Shown here one piece after another: positions 12,291 to 24,389 of a DNA stretch of 64,000 nucleotides. The stretch is from Neoechinorhynchus agilis (Eukaryota > Animalia > Acanthocephala). The notes under the pieces were generated by a model that did not search any database, was not told the DNA's origin, and saw only the letters and a list, made by a program, of their open reading frames with translations. Location: the NCBI GenBank assembly GCA_051530055.1, contig CM121342.1, forward strand, positions 8,757,480 to 8,821,479. The letters run 5' to 3'. The number at the start of each line of letters is the position of its first letter. The first letter of the stretch is position 1. The translations under genes were made by a program, and so were the position numbers.

Positions 12291-14270
12291 TTTGCTGTGA
12301 GCTTAGTTTTTGCATGAATTAAATCTGACTAAGGAAAAAAAGTTAAAGGCAATTTTATTTCTGTGGTGATACTTTTTGTTTAATTTTCCACCAGATTGAA
12401 AAACCTTCCACAATTTTTACTATGATCTCATGTAGATTTTGATTTCAGAATCACGTATTGCATTTATTCCCAGTTGTATGCAGACAATCTTTTATGATTG
12501 TTCGTATCCCAAAGTTCGAACTTACTTTTAAGTAAATTTTCAAGAATTCTGAGAATGCAAATAGTCGTCCGTAGCCTCCTTTCGCCGTTTCCTTTTATTA
12601 AGGAAGAGAAAATTGCTGTGTTCCGATCAAATTTCGAATAAAAGCCGCCAATCCTTTTAATTCAACATCCGAAATCAAATTCGAAATAAATTTTCCATAA
12701 GTGGATTTCATACTATATTTTAGAATGCTACTCACGTTTAGCTTTTAAGCCAACGTTCGTTTTTTTGAAGCTCATTGTTGCAAGCATAAATGGCGAAATG
12801 ATTATTATGTTTGACCGGAAACCCAATTTTTCCAATCAAGCAGCTTTTTCTGAACCTTATGCGAATTGTAGGGAACTTGTTTCTTAACAATACGCTTTAA
12901 ATTTTTATTTCTATGATTATTAAGAATGCATTTGCAGAGATATTTGATTGCTCGAATGAAAAGAATTGAAATAGATGTTTTCTATTCTATAAATTAGCTG
13001 AGGGATGAATAGGAAGTTTCTTTTCAGCGTAGATAAATCACATGTAAACGAATCTCTAAAATTATTATCGGTCGATTAAAACATATAGTTCGCTAGACTT
13101 TAAATAGGACGAAATATCGTTAAATCTAACACTTTCTAGGGACGTAGGAAAATGTCATTGTCTAGGCTGATTGACTATTGTTTTGCTCACGAATGCCATT
13201 TTTAATTGCTCGATTTTTTCTGACATTTCTTATTATCTTCGTGGGATTTCTTAAGCACTGATGAAATAAAAGCTCCAATACTGGGCACTTAATCTATTGT
13301 CCTTATTTTCTTATGAATTTGAATTTTTTATAAGATTTAATATAGAATTAAATTGTTGATATTTTGAATGCACTGCATTTGTTCGTTTAAAGATTTTTGT
13401 GAATTTGTCTAGATAGAGAACTATTTGCCGCATTCTTCAGAAACTCACGGCTGATTGGAATCATTGGAGAATTTCATTTTTGAACCTTTTTAAATGCAAA
13501 TTTACATATTCAAAGACTTTCAAGATGGATCGCTATATTCTTAGTAAAATAAAGTGAGAGCGTTTTATATTCTTGAGAATTGATTTCTGTTTTTTGCTAT
13601 GGACAAGAAGATGTACACTTAAAATCAAAAGACTTTCAAGATCCATTTGACTGAGACTGAATTAACTAAGGAATTTTCTGAATTGTCAAATGCGCAATTT
13701 TTTTAAGTAAGATCGCAACATTTGCTTCCTTTTCACTTTCTTTAACTTTCTAGACCTAAGCAAATAGGAGAATTTCAACTCAACTGTCACAAAAATTCTT
13801 TTGCTCAAAGAACTCTAAAAATCGATTTATTGCAGCAGAAGATGTACATTTTTCAAATAAATATTCTTAAGTCCGCCCATTCAATTCACGAAAATCGTAC
13901 TTGATTGGCACCACATCGGTGAGATTGCAAAATAATATCCATGAACGTTCTCTTGATTTATTTGATAAAAAAATCAAACAGTTTTGTTTGCGCAAGAATG
14001 TTTAAAACATGGATCTTCAAATGTTTCAATGAGTAAATAAAGGAATTTATATACAAATAAAAATACGCAAATATAAAGACTTGCTTCTTTGTTATCTATT
14101 TTAATTTAAACAATGTGTAGTTTCCAATATTTGTAGCTTTATCGGAATGGTAAGAATAGGCGATATTCCATCTTTATACAAAAATCATCGCTTAACTCGA
14201 TCATCATACGAAACAACTCAACGATCTAGAAAGTGAATGCAAATGGAAATAGCCTACGAGAATCGTCTTT

Positions 14271-15863
14271 ATGTTACTAAAACGATGTAGGAATTCCTTC
14301 ATCGCGATATCTTTGCAATGCGAATCGGTTTTTTATAGACAAAATATTATGGATTTGGGAGGACGTCCACACGACGAATCTCCGACATGCACAGAAGAGG
14401 ATTTATACACCAAATCTAGCAATCTCTCTCAATACTATAAATCAGTGCTGGATTTATTTAATCAAGTGGTTAATCAGTCGGGGCATTTTCGGACGAATCG
14501 ACGAGCAACGCGACCAGAAATGAGACATACAACAACCGGCTACTTTGAACCACGGCAACAATTAAGCAACCAAATGCAGGTGAACGCTACACAATCGGAC
14601 CACGAGATAAATCGTCTTGAATCAATTGGCCAATTTAATCAATTTGAGCAGGACGGCCCAATGTTCGAATATCAACGAAACGAACAAGGCATGCACTGCT
14701 ATCACCCAACGAATCAACGGAATCCGATCGACGAATCAAATCGATATGAAAGTTCGTTTTATTACAATCAAACCGAACCGATCGGTCGACCCACTCAATT
14801 GGAGCCGACATTTACAACAAACCAACCTCAAAGGTCGAACCATGTCTGGCAATCGAAGAATATACTGAATCCAATGCTCCAAAATCAGCGATTATATCAA
14901 ACAAGACAGCCGAATCGCTACAACCCAATGAGTCAACAGCATCCGATCCATCAATTTAATCAATATGAAGCGCCCTTCCCACCTAATCAGTCCCAACCAC
15001 TCAGCCAACCAAATATGTCGATGTACATTGATCAGCCGATTGATTTCACCAATCAATTTCAACAACTCCAACCTGTAGGTGTACTCGACGGTCAAAGAAA
15101 TGTACAGCAACAAACACCGTTTTTTAATCAAGAAATTTTCCAACCGCTAAAAGTTGAACCAAACTTTTCCGAACATAGCGGTAATCATTTCCAAGAATCG
15201 GCGATAAGATTAACAAATTCAAATGCTGTATTTAATCAATCTCAGGCCCAAGATCCGGTCTACATGGAACCAACTCTTCAACCAAATAATATTTCGAATG
15301 ACGAAGGTAATATATTAAGACAAAAAATCCGGTCAAACGCTCTTATAGAAATTCTGGGAATGACCAGAGCACAGACTGAGCAAGAACTGGGTTCTATGAT
15401 TCCAACGATAAAGATTTTCTTAAGAGAAGTGCGGAAGCAATATGCTCATTGTAAGTTTTTATCCGTCGTAAAATATCTTCTCAAACATTTATCAGGTAAA
15501 GACCGAAGAATGTTTTACAAATCGATAGTCATCGTAAAAGAATTTCAACGTGGACGACCGCTGAGAGCCATTACGCTTAAAAAAGCTATCGATTTTGTCG
15601 AAAAAACATTGATGCCAATCATGGCGTCTCAGTGGATTCCATTGCAATCAAGGAGAACAAATCCAACTCAACTGCAATCGGCATATTCGTCTCTTTTCGA
15701 TAAGGTGGAGCGCGGAGAAGCTGTCATCGAAATCCATAAAGGCAATGAAGAAGCAGCAGAAATGCGGATTGCTGAGAATCCTGAGCGTGCAAGTGAATTG
15801 AACGCAATCAATAGAAAGCGTCATTGTGAAGCTTTGGAGAATCTGAAAAGAAAAACAAGATGA
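14271..15863 (+). CDS. Orphan 530-aa protein: Q/N/P-rich low-complexity N-terminal two-thirds, predicted helical C-terminal domain
   Basis: 1.6-kb uninterrupted ORF in AT-rich DNA with no TE motif recognised. The same frame stays open for ~88 more codons after the TGA. Confidence 0.6.
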   Translation: MLLKRCRNSFIAISLQCESVFYRQNIMDLGGRPHDESPTCTEEDLYTKSSNLSQYYKSVLDLFNQVVNQSGHFRTNRRATRPEMRHTTTGYFEPRQQLSNQMQVNATQSDHEINRLESIGQFNQFEQDGPMFEYQRNEQGMHCYHPTNQRNPIDESNRYESSFYYNQTEPIGRPTQLEPTFTTNQPQRSNHVWQSKNILNPMLQNQRLYQTRQPNRYNPMSQQHPIHQFNQYEAPFPPNQSQPLSQPNMSMYIDQPIDFTNQFQQLQPVGVLDGQRNVQQQTPFFNQEIFQPLKVEPNFSEHSGNHFQESAIRLTNSNAVFNQSQAQDPVYMEPTLQPNNISNDEGNILRQKIRSNALIEILGMTRAQTEQELGSMIPTIKIFLREVRKQYAHCKFLSVVKYLLKHLSGKDRRMFYKSIVIVKEFQRGRPLRAITLKKAIDFVEKTLMPIMASQWIPLQSRRTNPTQLQSAYSSLFDKVERGEAVIEIHKGNEEAAEMRIAENPERASELNAINRKRHCEALENLKRKTR

Positions 15864-16264
15864 TTAGATTGTAATTTGAGACTCAAAAGATCGAGGAAAA
15901 CATGCAATGTCATTATTGGAGGACGCGGTTCGAGTAACAAATTCAAAGCATCGAATAAAAAGGGGAGTTCATCAAGAAGGCAAAGATCCGATGAAGGAAA
16001 GGAATCCGGTGATATGAAATCAGATAGCGATTCAAGCGTCGGCAGCACGAATATTCGATCCGAATCGAAAACGATCCCCGACATCGCTATAAGCGAAATT
16101 ATTGGTATTATTTTGCAACATCTCATTTAGGCGAAAAAGTGTTGGGCTCAAAATTTTCGTTGCAGCCATGAAAATAAACCAAAGAATTACTGTAATAAAG
16201 TGGAAGCACTTTGTGGATAGCGGCCGAGCAATCTTCTATTTGTAATTATATTCTGTAGTCGTTT

Positions 16265-16600
16265 AATTAAGCAATAATAATTTTTTAGAAGATAAGTAAT
16301 TCGCAGCAACGCTCGGCGGAAAATGAGCATTAGAGAACGTTGCGTGAACATCCAGCGAATTTCTTAGCAGATAAAAACAGTAGTCGGCTAATGTTTCTAC
16401 GAAGAAATCGGAGAGCTTGCAACACAAAATATTCATTATCAACAACAAATATTTGTAGCTAGCAAATATTTACGCAGAACGCGAATAATTGTTAAACAAG
16501 TTTTGTGAATTTGCTGCGACAAATGCCAATTTTCTGATAGCTTTATCCGTTGCGGTTTATGTTTATTTTAGACTCAAAGTTAAATATTTATAAAAAACGA
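16265..16600. repeat. Dispersed AT-rich repeat (other copies ~7490-7600, ~61595-61865, ~63545-63625)
   Basis: The string TATTTGTAGCTAGCAAATATTTA..CAGAACGCGAATAAT and its flanks recur at these sites. Confidence 0.8.
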
Positions 16601-17239
16601 CAACCTATTAAGTTACAAAAATACTTCTTAATTGTAAAAACGCGTTATCTGAGAAGTTACAATTTCGTCAAATGCACAACGTAGACCAAACCTAAGATTA
16701 AAACATCAAAACAACTTTCAAAACGAAACTTTAAGACACATTAAAATTATTTTCGACGATGAGAGCAATTTCAAAAAAAAACGAAGGAACACATTTAGAT
16801 CTTGCTGAAGTCGCCGTCAATTTCCACCTTATTTAAAAATTACAGCAAATGACATTTAACAAAATCCCATCTTACCGAAGATATTAAATTTTTTCATTGT
16901 TTTTGGTTTTCATTCTATCGTTGCATTTTCAATGGATTCGGTTCTGGCACAGATTAACGTAAATTAAATGGTTGCGTTTTCATTTTGCGCTTCTAATTTA
17001 GAAATTTCACCAGCTCTAACAGCAAGAAAATTGAACATTGAACCTATAGATTCTATAAGCGATTGAGCCAATTTCTCGTTTGTTTTCGAATCGACATTTA
17101 AGAGTTAGACAAATCTTTTGTTTTCTTCTCAAAAAACTTGCATGAAGTCATCGGTAAAAATACCAGCTATTCTCATGTCTCAATTTAACCGAACAAAAAC
17201 AATTCGTCTCTATAGTTCCTTTTTCGTCGTCTATTAGAA

Positions 17240-17815
17240 CTGTTTTTTTGAACCTTTGAACACGTTTCCTCAACTCTTTCTCTATTTTTTCATTGTATCA
17301 GTAACTTCCTTTAAATGTACTTTTCTTTATCTATTAATTTGTGGTCCCTGATCTCGATCTTATTTTTTCATTATATTCCGGAAAAAATGAAAGACGCTCC
17401 ATTCTTTTAAAATTCACACTATCATTCTACGCGACTTTAGTCGCAGATGAGAATTTAATTCTAAGAATTTGTTTATGAAATCTGCAAATCATCTTCGATT
17501 AAGACTTCTTTTTAAGTCATCTTCTCTGAGTAACAAAATCCGCAGAAGTTTAGACCATGAGTGTATTCTTCGATCGATATTGATAGCTTCGAGCATTTAT
17601 TCAATTTGTTTATCGGTGAAAGGATCACAGCACAGCAACCTTCTTGGAAGCTTCCCTTGGATCGCAGTTATATTGCTAAGTTGTTCAGGTTCGGAGGATG
17701 CAATGTAGATGTTAGTTGAATTATTGTTCAGTTCTTAACGCGGTTAATAACTTTTTATTAAAAACGTTAATAACCTCGACGCGTTCATCATCAGTTTGTA
17801 GGCTCGAAACGTTTT
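17240..17815. repeat. Unclassified repeat with an inverted copy at ~55680-56285 and partial copies at ~27240-27375 and ~59385-59535
   Basis: Reverse-complement identity, e.g. GCGACTTTAGTCGCAGATGA and CTTGGATCGCAGTTATATTGCTAAG. Confidence 0.85.
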
Positions 17816-19234
17816 TAATAAAAAAATTTACCTGCTGAAGAAGTGAACAATAATTCTAATATTTTATCCCGGTACATCCTCACGTATTGACATGTAGATG
17901 TGAGTTCCCAATAGCAAAATATCATGGGAAGTTTGCATTCTTTGATTCATCAGAACGATTTTTTTATACTTTTCTAATATGCGAGACAAATCTACTGTAT
18001 TAACATTATCATTTATAATTTGCGGAGATAGTTTGCCAGTTTAGGGATCCTTCGATTCTGCTCGATTAACGATTGTTCGTTTCCCAAGATCCTCGTAATA
18101 TCTTTTAAATGCTTCAATATAATTCGAATTAAAATTTCTTGCATCTTCTCTCAAAACGTAAAACATGCGAGGCGATTGAACGCTTACCACTCACACTAAA
18201 GTTTTATGAAAAAAAACAAATTGCATTGGAACATTGTGGATAAAGATGGTTAGTCGAAGTTTGTCATCATTTTCTTTGATAAGATCGCCACGTTCTCAAT
18301 TCTCAATAGTAGCAAATTCTTGACTATATTGATTTGTGGTCATTGTGTTCAATGAATGCACGGATCGATAAACCATCGGATTTCCCAAAGTAGCTGAAAG
18401 CATCGATCTTAAAATTGCATGCTTATTGATTGATTTTCGATGGATCTCAGGGCTGAATCTCAAACAGATTCAAGCATGTAAACCCCGAAACATCTCAAAT
18501 ATTACGTAGCGAAATAATCTGTTTACTAAAATCGATTTCACCTTCTTAAGCTAAATCGCCAAGAGTTTGTTCTATAGATGCGCGCTGGTCCCTTCCGGAT
18601 ACATTTAGTCGTACTTTAACAATAGAATTTTGTTCTCGATGAACGATTAAGTGAACATCTTCATGCGACACAATTTGACCATTTGTCTAGAAAAACAATT
18701 TTCTTAATATTCTCACTTTATTGGTCAGAATTATCCCCTATTGCTTCTATAATTCGTTTTGGTCTGCGCCGGACAAGTTTAGTGGAACTTTAACAGTCAA
18801 ATTTCGTTCAGGCTCAAAAATTGACAGGGCGTTTAAATTTTGCTTCGGCGCATTTTGTACATCTTCTTGAAGAACAACTTCCTTAATAGAAGTGTTCGCA
18901 ATTGATCGCAATCAATTATCCGCAATTGATTGAATCAGTTTGCCTACTTTTGAACGACTTGATTAGTTCTTTGCGAATACAGTTGGCGGATAATCAACGA
19001 TGCAATCTTCATCAACTTCTAACTTTTGAGTAGATTCAACTTGTTCATTCAATTTATTAGTTTATTATGTTTCGATGCCAATCGTGCATATTCTTGCTAA
19101 GCAATTTGCTTTTCTTAAGTTTCGAAAAATTGAATGCTTTTAGAAGCCAATTTTTCTGAAAATAACACTTCAACGACGGAATGTTTAATAGATCCCACAA
19201 TATTTTTTAAAATTCAATTTCTCCATTTGATTAG

Positions 19235-20487
19235 CCCGGACAAATGGGGAGAGTTGGCGTCAGGAAGGGCATCCGGCCGAAAACCTTGTGCCAAAAACAC
19301 ATCAGCAATGTCAAGTCTAATACCTCCGATTGATCGGGCTAGGGCGTTGCGAACCCGGCGTCCGGGGTTTGTGAAAAATTATTCAGGGTTACCGGATCAA
19401 CGACGGGTCCAGCTAAAGAAACGAATCGCATTCAAAATACGAATCGGCACCCTGAACGTAGGTTCAATGACCGGGAAAAGCAGGGAAGTGACCGATTTGA
19501 TGAGGAGGAGAAAAATCGAAACTCTTGGCGCCCACGAGATCAGATGGGAGGGAGGGAAAGCTAGAGAATTAGACGACGGATTTGAAATGTTCTATAGTGG
19601 AGGAGCAAGTGGTAGGAACGGAGTGGGCGTCATAGTATCAAAGGATCCAGTGGACAACGTCGTAGAGGTGACACGAATAAGCAGTCGGGTAATGGCGCTG
19701 AAGGTAAGCGTTAATGGCGAAGCCACGACAATAGTTTCTGCGCGCAATCCACAAGTCGGTTGTAGTGAAGAGGAGAAGGAGGAATTTTGGCTGAATTTAT
19801 CGGAAGTGACAAGACCTAGGGAAGGTCGATGTGTGATAACCGAAACGGACAAGTGGGGCCGAGAGATGGATGCGGGCGAATTCATGGAGGACACAGTGTA
19901 GAATCAAGGAACGCCTAAGGTGTAAGACTTGGATTACGCAGCAGCGTTGGAGTTGCGTATTTCCAATACTTCAAAAAAGACTCACGGCACCTTTACACAT
20001 ACTCTAGCGGTGGAAGATCAAGCCAAAATCGATTTCATTTTGTATCCGATAGCGAGACGGGGTGAAGTTCAGAATGTCAAGATATTACTAGGAGAAGAGT
20101 GCACCACGCAGCATCGAGTGCTCGTGATGGACCTCAATATTCGAGGGAGAGTCAAACAGCCGACAACGAGCATTGCGCCTAAAATCAAGTGGTGGAAGCT
20201 AAAGGATCCTATACTCAGGAAAAAGATGAAAATGGGTCTTACCCAGAAATATAGCGAGAATGTGGCTGAACTGGAACGCTGGTGGAATGAGACAGCCGAA
20301 GCGATTCGTAGTGAAGCAAAAAAAAACTAGGAATGACATCGAGGAAACCTCCATCCAAAAACAAAGAGGCATGGTGGTGTCGTCAAGGACGCAATCAGTC
20401 TAAAGAAGTCAGTCAGGAAAAGATTGGATTTTGACGCTTCGGCCTCGAATGCAGACGCTTACAAACAGGCTAAAAGGAAGGCCGCCC
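19235..20487 (+). mobile_element. RTE-clade LINE, 5' part (APE endonuclease), 3'-truncated
   Basis: RIGTLNVGSMTGKSREV..E.RW.G..AR, GRNGVGVIVSK, QVGCSEEEKEEFW, IDFIL, HRVLVMD and IKWWKLK. The 5' segment GGCGTCAGGAAGGGCATCCGGCC resembles motifs I associate with RTE 5' ends. The empty site is visible in the paralog at ~47483-47520. Confidence 0.92.
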
Positions 20488-20539
20488 CCGGTATCTTCTT
20501 CGAGTTATGAAGCAAAATACGGGAATTCGTTTCCTCGGA

Positions 20540-21060
20540 TACATTTTAAAGAAGAAGAGGCACACTGATCCGATATACGAGGTATACAGAATTCAGTGCT
20601 TTCTGTCTAACAGAGAGCATTTCGGACATCGATGCAGGATACCGAAAGTGAATCGTCCAAAATAAGACAGTCTGTCGCCGACTTGAACACCCTTCCGCAA
20701 TATCATATCATTAGGAAATTCCAAAACATCGAGCCGATTTTGATTGCACGTTTTTTTAGTCGAGAGGAAACACAAATTTAAGCTTTACATATCGATGTGC
20801 CCAATACGATGGAAGGGAACAAAACCTTAACCTGAAATTAGCGGTCAGCGATATGTTAAAAAATCAATTAAAACATATTCGCCGTGTTTAGTTTCTCAAA
20901 TAATTGGACATGCGGTCCAAGAACCTCAGGAATGACGATCCCGCATACCCGAGCAACCCAATGCGAAACAACTAAAATCTTTTTGGATGACTGACGAGGC
21001 GATGCTTCCTTGTGAAATATTAAAATATAGCATGATTTATCCTGAATTTTGATTATCAAT
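20540..21060 (+). mobile_element. Penelope-like element 3' fragment (decayed GIY-YIG domain plus 3' UTR/pLTR); copies at ~27375-27850 (+), ~59535-59758 (+), ~47290-47470 (-)
   Basis: Frameshifted EVYRIQC..NREHFG, SAISYH and ALHIDVPNTMEGNK align with the Penelope C-terminus at 51729-52010. A hammerhead-like motif follows. Confidence 0.78.
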
Positions 21061-22129
21061 ATTAAAATTATATCATCCCGACCGATTATCCCGTAAAGAT
21101 TCTTTATTTTGTTTAAAATTGTCGTCCGCTTTCACGCAACATTTTCAAAGAACCTCAAGGATTGAGACAAAAATGTTAAACATTTGAAACAATATGTTAG
21201 GTCGGCTAATTGAGCGAACAACTAAATGGTATCATAGATCGCATTATTAAAAATCAATAACGAGTAAGGTAGATTGGAAGTTTCGAGGTGAAAATCTAAG
21301 ATTTCGTTGGTTTTTATGAGCAAATTAAAATTTTGATTTGTGCTAAAAAAATTTGCATTCATTTCTAAAAGAGAAGAAAAGGTCTAAGACATTCTGCGAC
21401 GACAATTTAATAATCGATGTATTGAATTTTTATATTGGCGGTGGATCTGAACTTCTGCAATAAACGGATTTTGGGACAAAAAAGTTTAATATATTCGATC
21501 CCAAAAAGAAGAATAAATTACTTGATGAATTTTAGTATAATTAAGGCAACAATGACGACAGTCCAAAGGAAAAAGACGCTTCATCGAGACTAAGATAAGT
21601 ATTTGAACAATGCCCTTAATATGAGAAATGCTTTATTGTTTAAAATGTTTCAAGCGTTTGAGAGATTTTAAAATGATTATCTCGTCTAGCAATAAAGCAC
21701 GAGTGCTTTCGCGAGAATAAATGTAGATCTCTTTGCGGATAATTGATTGCGATCAATTGCGAACACTTCTATTAAGGAAGTTGTTCTTCAAGAAGATGTA
21801 CAAAATGCGCCGAAGCAAAATTTAAACGCCCTGTCAATTTTTGAACCTGAACGAAATTTGACTGTTAAAGTTCCACTAAACTTGTCCGGAGCAGACCAAA
21901 ACGAATTATAGAAGCAATAGGGGATAATTCTGACCAATTAAGTGAGAATATTAAGAAAATTGCTTTTCTAGAAAACGGTCAAATTGTGTCGCATGAAGCT
22001 TGTCATTAAATATTTGTTTCATTTTCATACTTATTATTTTCATTTCTTGCCTTTAGGTTTTCGGATCTCTAAGGTTTTTACATAATTTTAATTTAGCTTG
22101 ACAGATACGACATAGAGTTTATTTATTTA

Positions 22130-22520
22130 TTTGTCTAGCTTTCGCCGTTTTACGGCTTCAATTGGGCACTCTAAAATTTGAGGCGGAGCGACAAACAGGT
22201 CATAACATCCGCATCGACTCTACTAACTCATCCCTCTTGTTGATGAGGTGCATCCGTCCCCCATCATCCTTAGTTCCTACTCGATTGCAACCCATCACGT
22301 CTCCCGAAATCAACAGCTCCTCCGCTATCGCTAAATCCACCGGGTCTCGGGCTTCATAAATGATCTCCGTATAGCAACAAAATCTAAAAGGCTCTGCTTT
22401 AATTCTTTTGATAAAACACCCACTGGTAACCATCCTCCGCTTCTTTTCCTCAGTTCAGCGTCAATCGAACAGCTTTGTCGAGCTTTAATAATGTTTATGA
22501 GTTTAGTCTTTAGGATTCGC
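22130..22520 (-). mobile_element. Probable Penelope-like 3' remnant with a dead hammerhead motif
   Basis: EIIYEARDPVDLAIAEELLI resembles a GIY-YIG C-terminal helix. Downstream on the minus strand is GAAGCCG-TAAAA-CGGC-GAAAGCTA. Confidence 0.45.
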
Positions 22521-22859
22521 AAGGCCTCTGAAAGTTGGGTCTCATTAGCTGTTTTGGTCTTCTCAAATAGACCAAGTTGATTTTAAACAACAAACATCAA
22601 TAAATTTCAAATACTGATTAGAGGAGGAAAGTAACAGCTTTATGCGAAACATTTCGCCATTTTGCAGCAGAATCTTTATAAAGACATGTAAAAAACGATG
22701 ATGATAATGCAATTTTCCGACCGCATTTTAAGTACATTTAAAACAGCCATTCATTTGTATAAACCTTTGAAATTCCAAACTAAGCCTCGCTCCCATAAAA
22801 AAGTTGCATTTATGATACCTTCAATTTCTCCCAGTTTCTGCATGATTTTGGATGCATTT

Positions 22860-23330
22860 CTGAAATCTAATAACGATAAAAAAAGTTTTAGTTGCATTCA
22901 ATCGATCGACAAACCAATTGGCACCGATCGTCACCATCGTAGAGCTTATCAAATATTTCTTGCTTTAGGGCAATTATGAACCGCTTTTCTCGAGACCTTA
23001 GTATTATGGACGATATCCTACACAGCGTATTTCAATACTCCCTCGAATACACTCTTCTGGTCATCGGAATGCTCGTCTACATCTCAGTTGCTACACACTT
23101 ATAATCGTTATTCCTTACATTGCGTTCACCGTGTTGATGCGACAATTTTATATCGGATGTGGGCCGAACGTGAAACAGACCGCAGTAATTTCACGAACTC
23201 CAATATTCTCTCGTTTAAATGCAGTTAAGTCGGGTTTATCCGCAACCCGGGCACTTCAGATGAGAACATCTTGATCACGCTTCTCGGACCTACAACCTTC
23301 ACCTTTTTACACAATGATGATTCCAACTAC
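22860..23330 (+). pseudogene. ABCC (MRP/ABCC4-like) transporter TMD2 exon fragments; second copy ~56300-56760
   Basis: Frameshifted translation DKPIG|(R)IMNRFSRDL..DDILHSVLQYSLEYTLLVIGMLVYI..IPYIAFTVLMRQFYIG..SRTPIFSRL..GLSATRA matches the ABCC TMD2 pattern P.GRILNRFS.D..RSP.FSH..GL.TIRA. There is a 48-nt intron-like gap at 22921-22968. Confidence 0.75.
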
Positions 23331-23419
23331 GACTAGAAATCTTTTCTGACGTTTTCAATCCGTCATTGACACCGGACCCGCAATCCAGTCCGGATCCATC
23401 ATCCACTCCGAATCCGTCA

Positions 23420-24260
23420 AATGAGGACCCAAAGGTACATGGGTCCTCTTTGTGAATCACAAATAAAACGTGTTATTATAACGGCCACATCCATAATCTT
23501 AATATTCCTAAATACCACTGCATCGAATGCAGAATCATCTCGTTTACCAGCCAGGGATAAATGTGATCATCAAATCCAAATTTTTATAAAATTGTTCAAT
23601 TCTATTAATAACACATTCCACTCTGACAACACAAATGACCCTTTCATGGCCATGATCTCCGTTACCTCAATCATAAAAAGGTCCCTATCTACGGCAATAC
23701 CCAAGAAATTCATTAGAATCTCCATCCGGGACCCACCATGAATAACTCCCCCATTTCGAAACTTCTTCAAAGGCAAGCTTTTAAAGCCCATCGCAATAAC
23801 TCTCCAGATTTTCCCCGTTTACGAATTGCTCTAACTAACAAAATACTTATAACCCGTAAAAACATTCTTCCAAAATTCGTTCTGGTGGCAATTCAACATG
23901 GTGACGGGCCGTCAAAGACTTTCTTGGTCGATGCCACCCGGATCCCTCCCTAATTTGACATCCACTGAATTGAAACAGTTTCTAGATTTCGTTAATCAGA
24001 ACCTCTGCCCCAACTCAATTTACAATCTCTGCTCCATATCAGACACCACACAATCTTTCGCACCCACTTCTGAAACTTTTGTCAACTCGCCGATACTCCC
24101 CTTAGTTTCGTAATACGAAGTCCTCCAAGATCTCAAGAAATTATCTCGAAATTCATCCTTTCAATCCGAAGTCCCAAACTGGACTCTTCACAACATCATC
24201 CCCGAACTCATCGACCCTCTTAACCGCATTATAAACCACAGCTTTTATATGCAAGCGATG
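23420..24260 (+). mobile_element. LINE ORF2 fragment (EN-RT linker and RT domain 0; CR1/L2/Jockey-type); copy ~56860-57672, diverged relative ~54160-54425
   Basis: RDPP(W>TGA)IT, NSTW(W)RAVKDFLG and EVLQDLKKLSRNSS..EVPNWTLHNIIPELIDPLNRIINHSF. Confidence 0.75.
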
Positions 24261-24389
24261 CCCTACTTTGTTGTATCGAATGAAAAAATTTCCTTCTTCC
24301 AAAGACGATAAATTCCTACGTTTTCCTCGAAAAAGTTTCTCTTCCCAAGTCTTTATCCAGGTAAAAGTTTACTCGTCGTCCGAAAAGGC

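Noticed and set aside
12450-14100. Splice-like signals and short open frames on the minus strand suggesting a decayed host gene
   Set aside because: No protein family was recognisable and the signals are expected by chance in AT-rich DNA.
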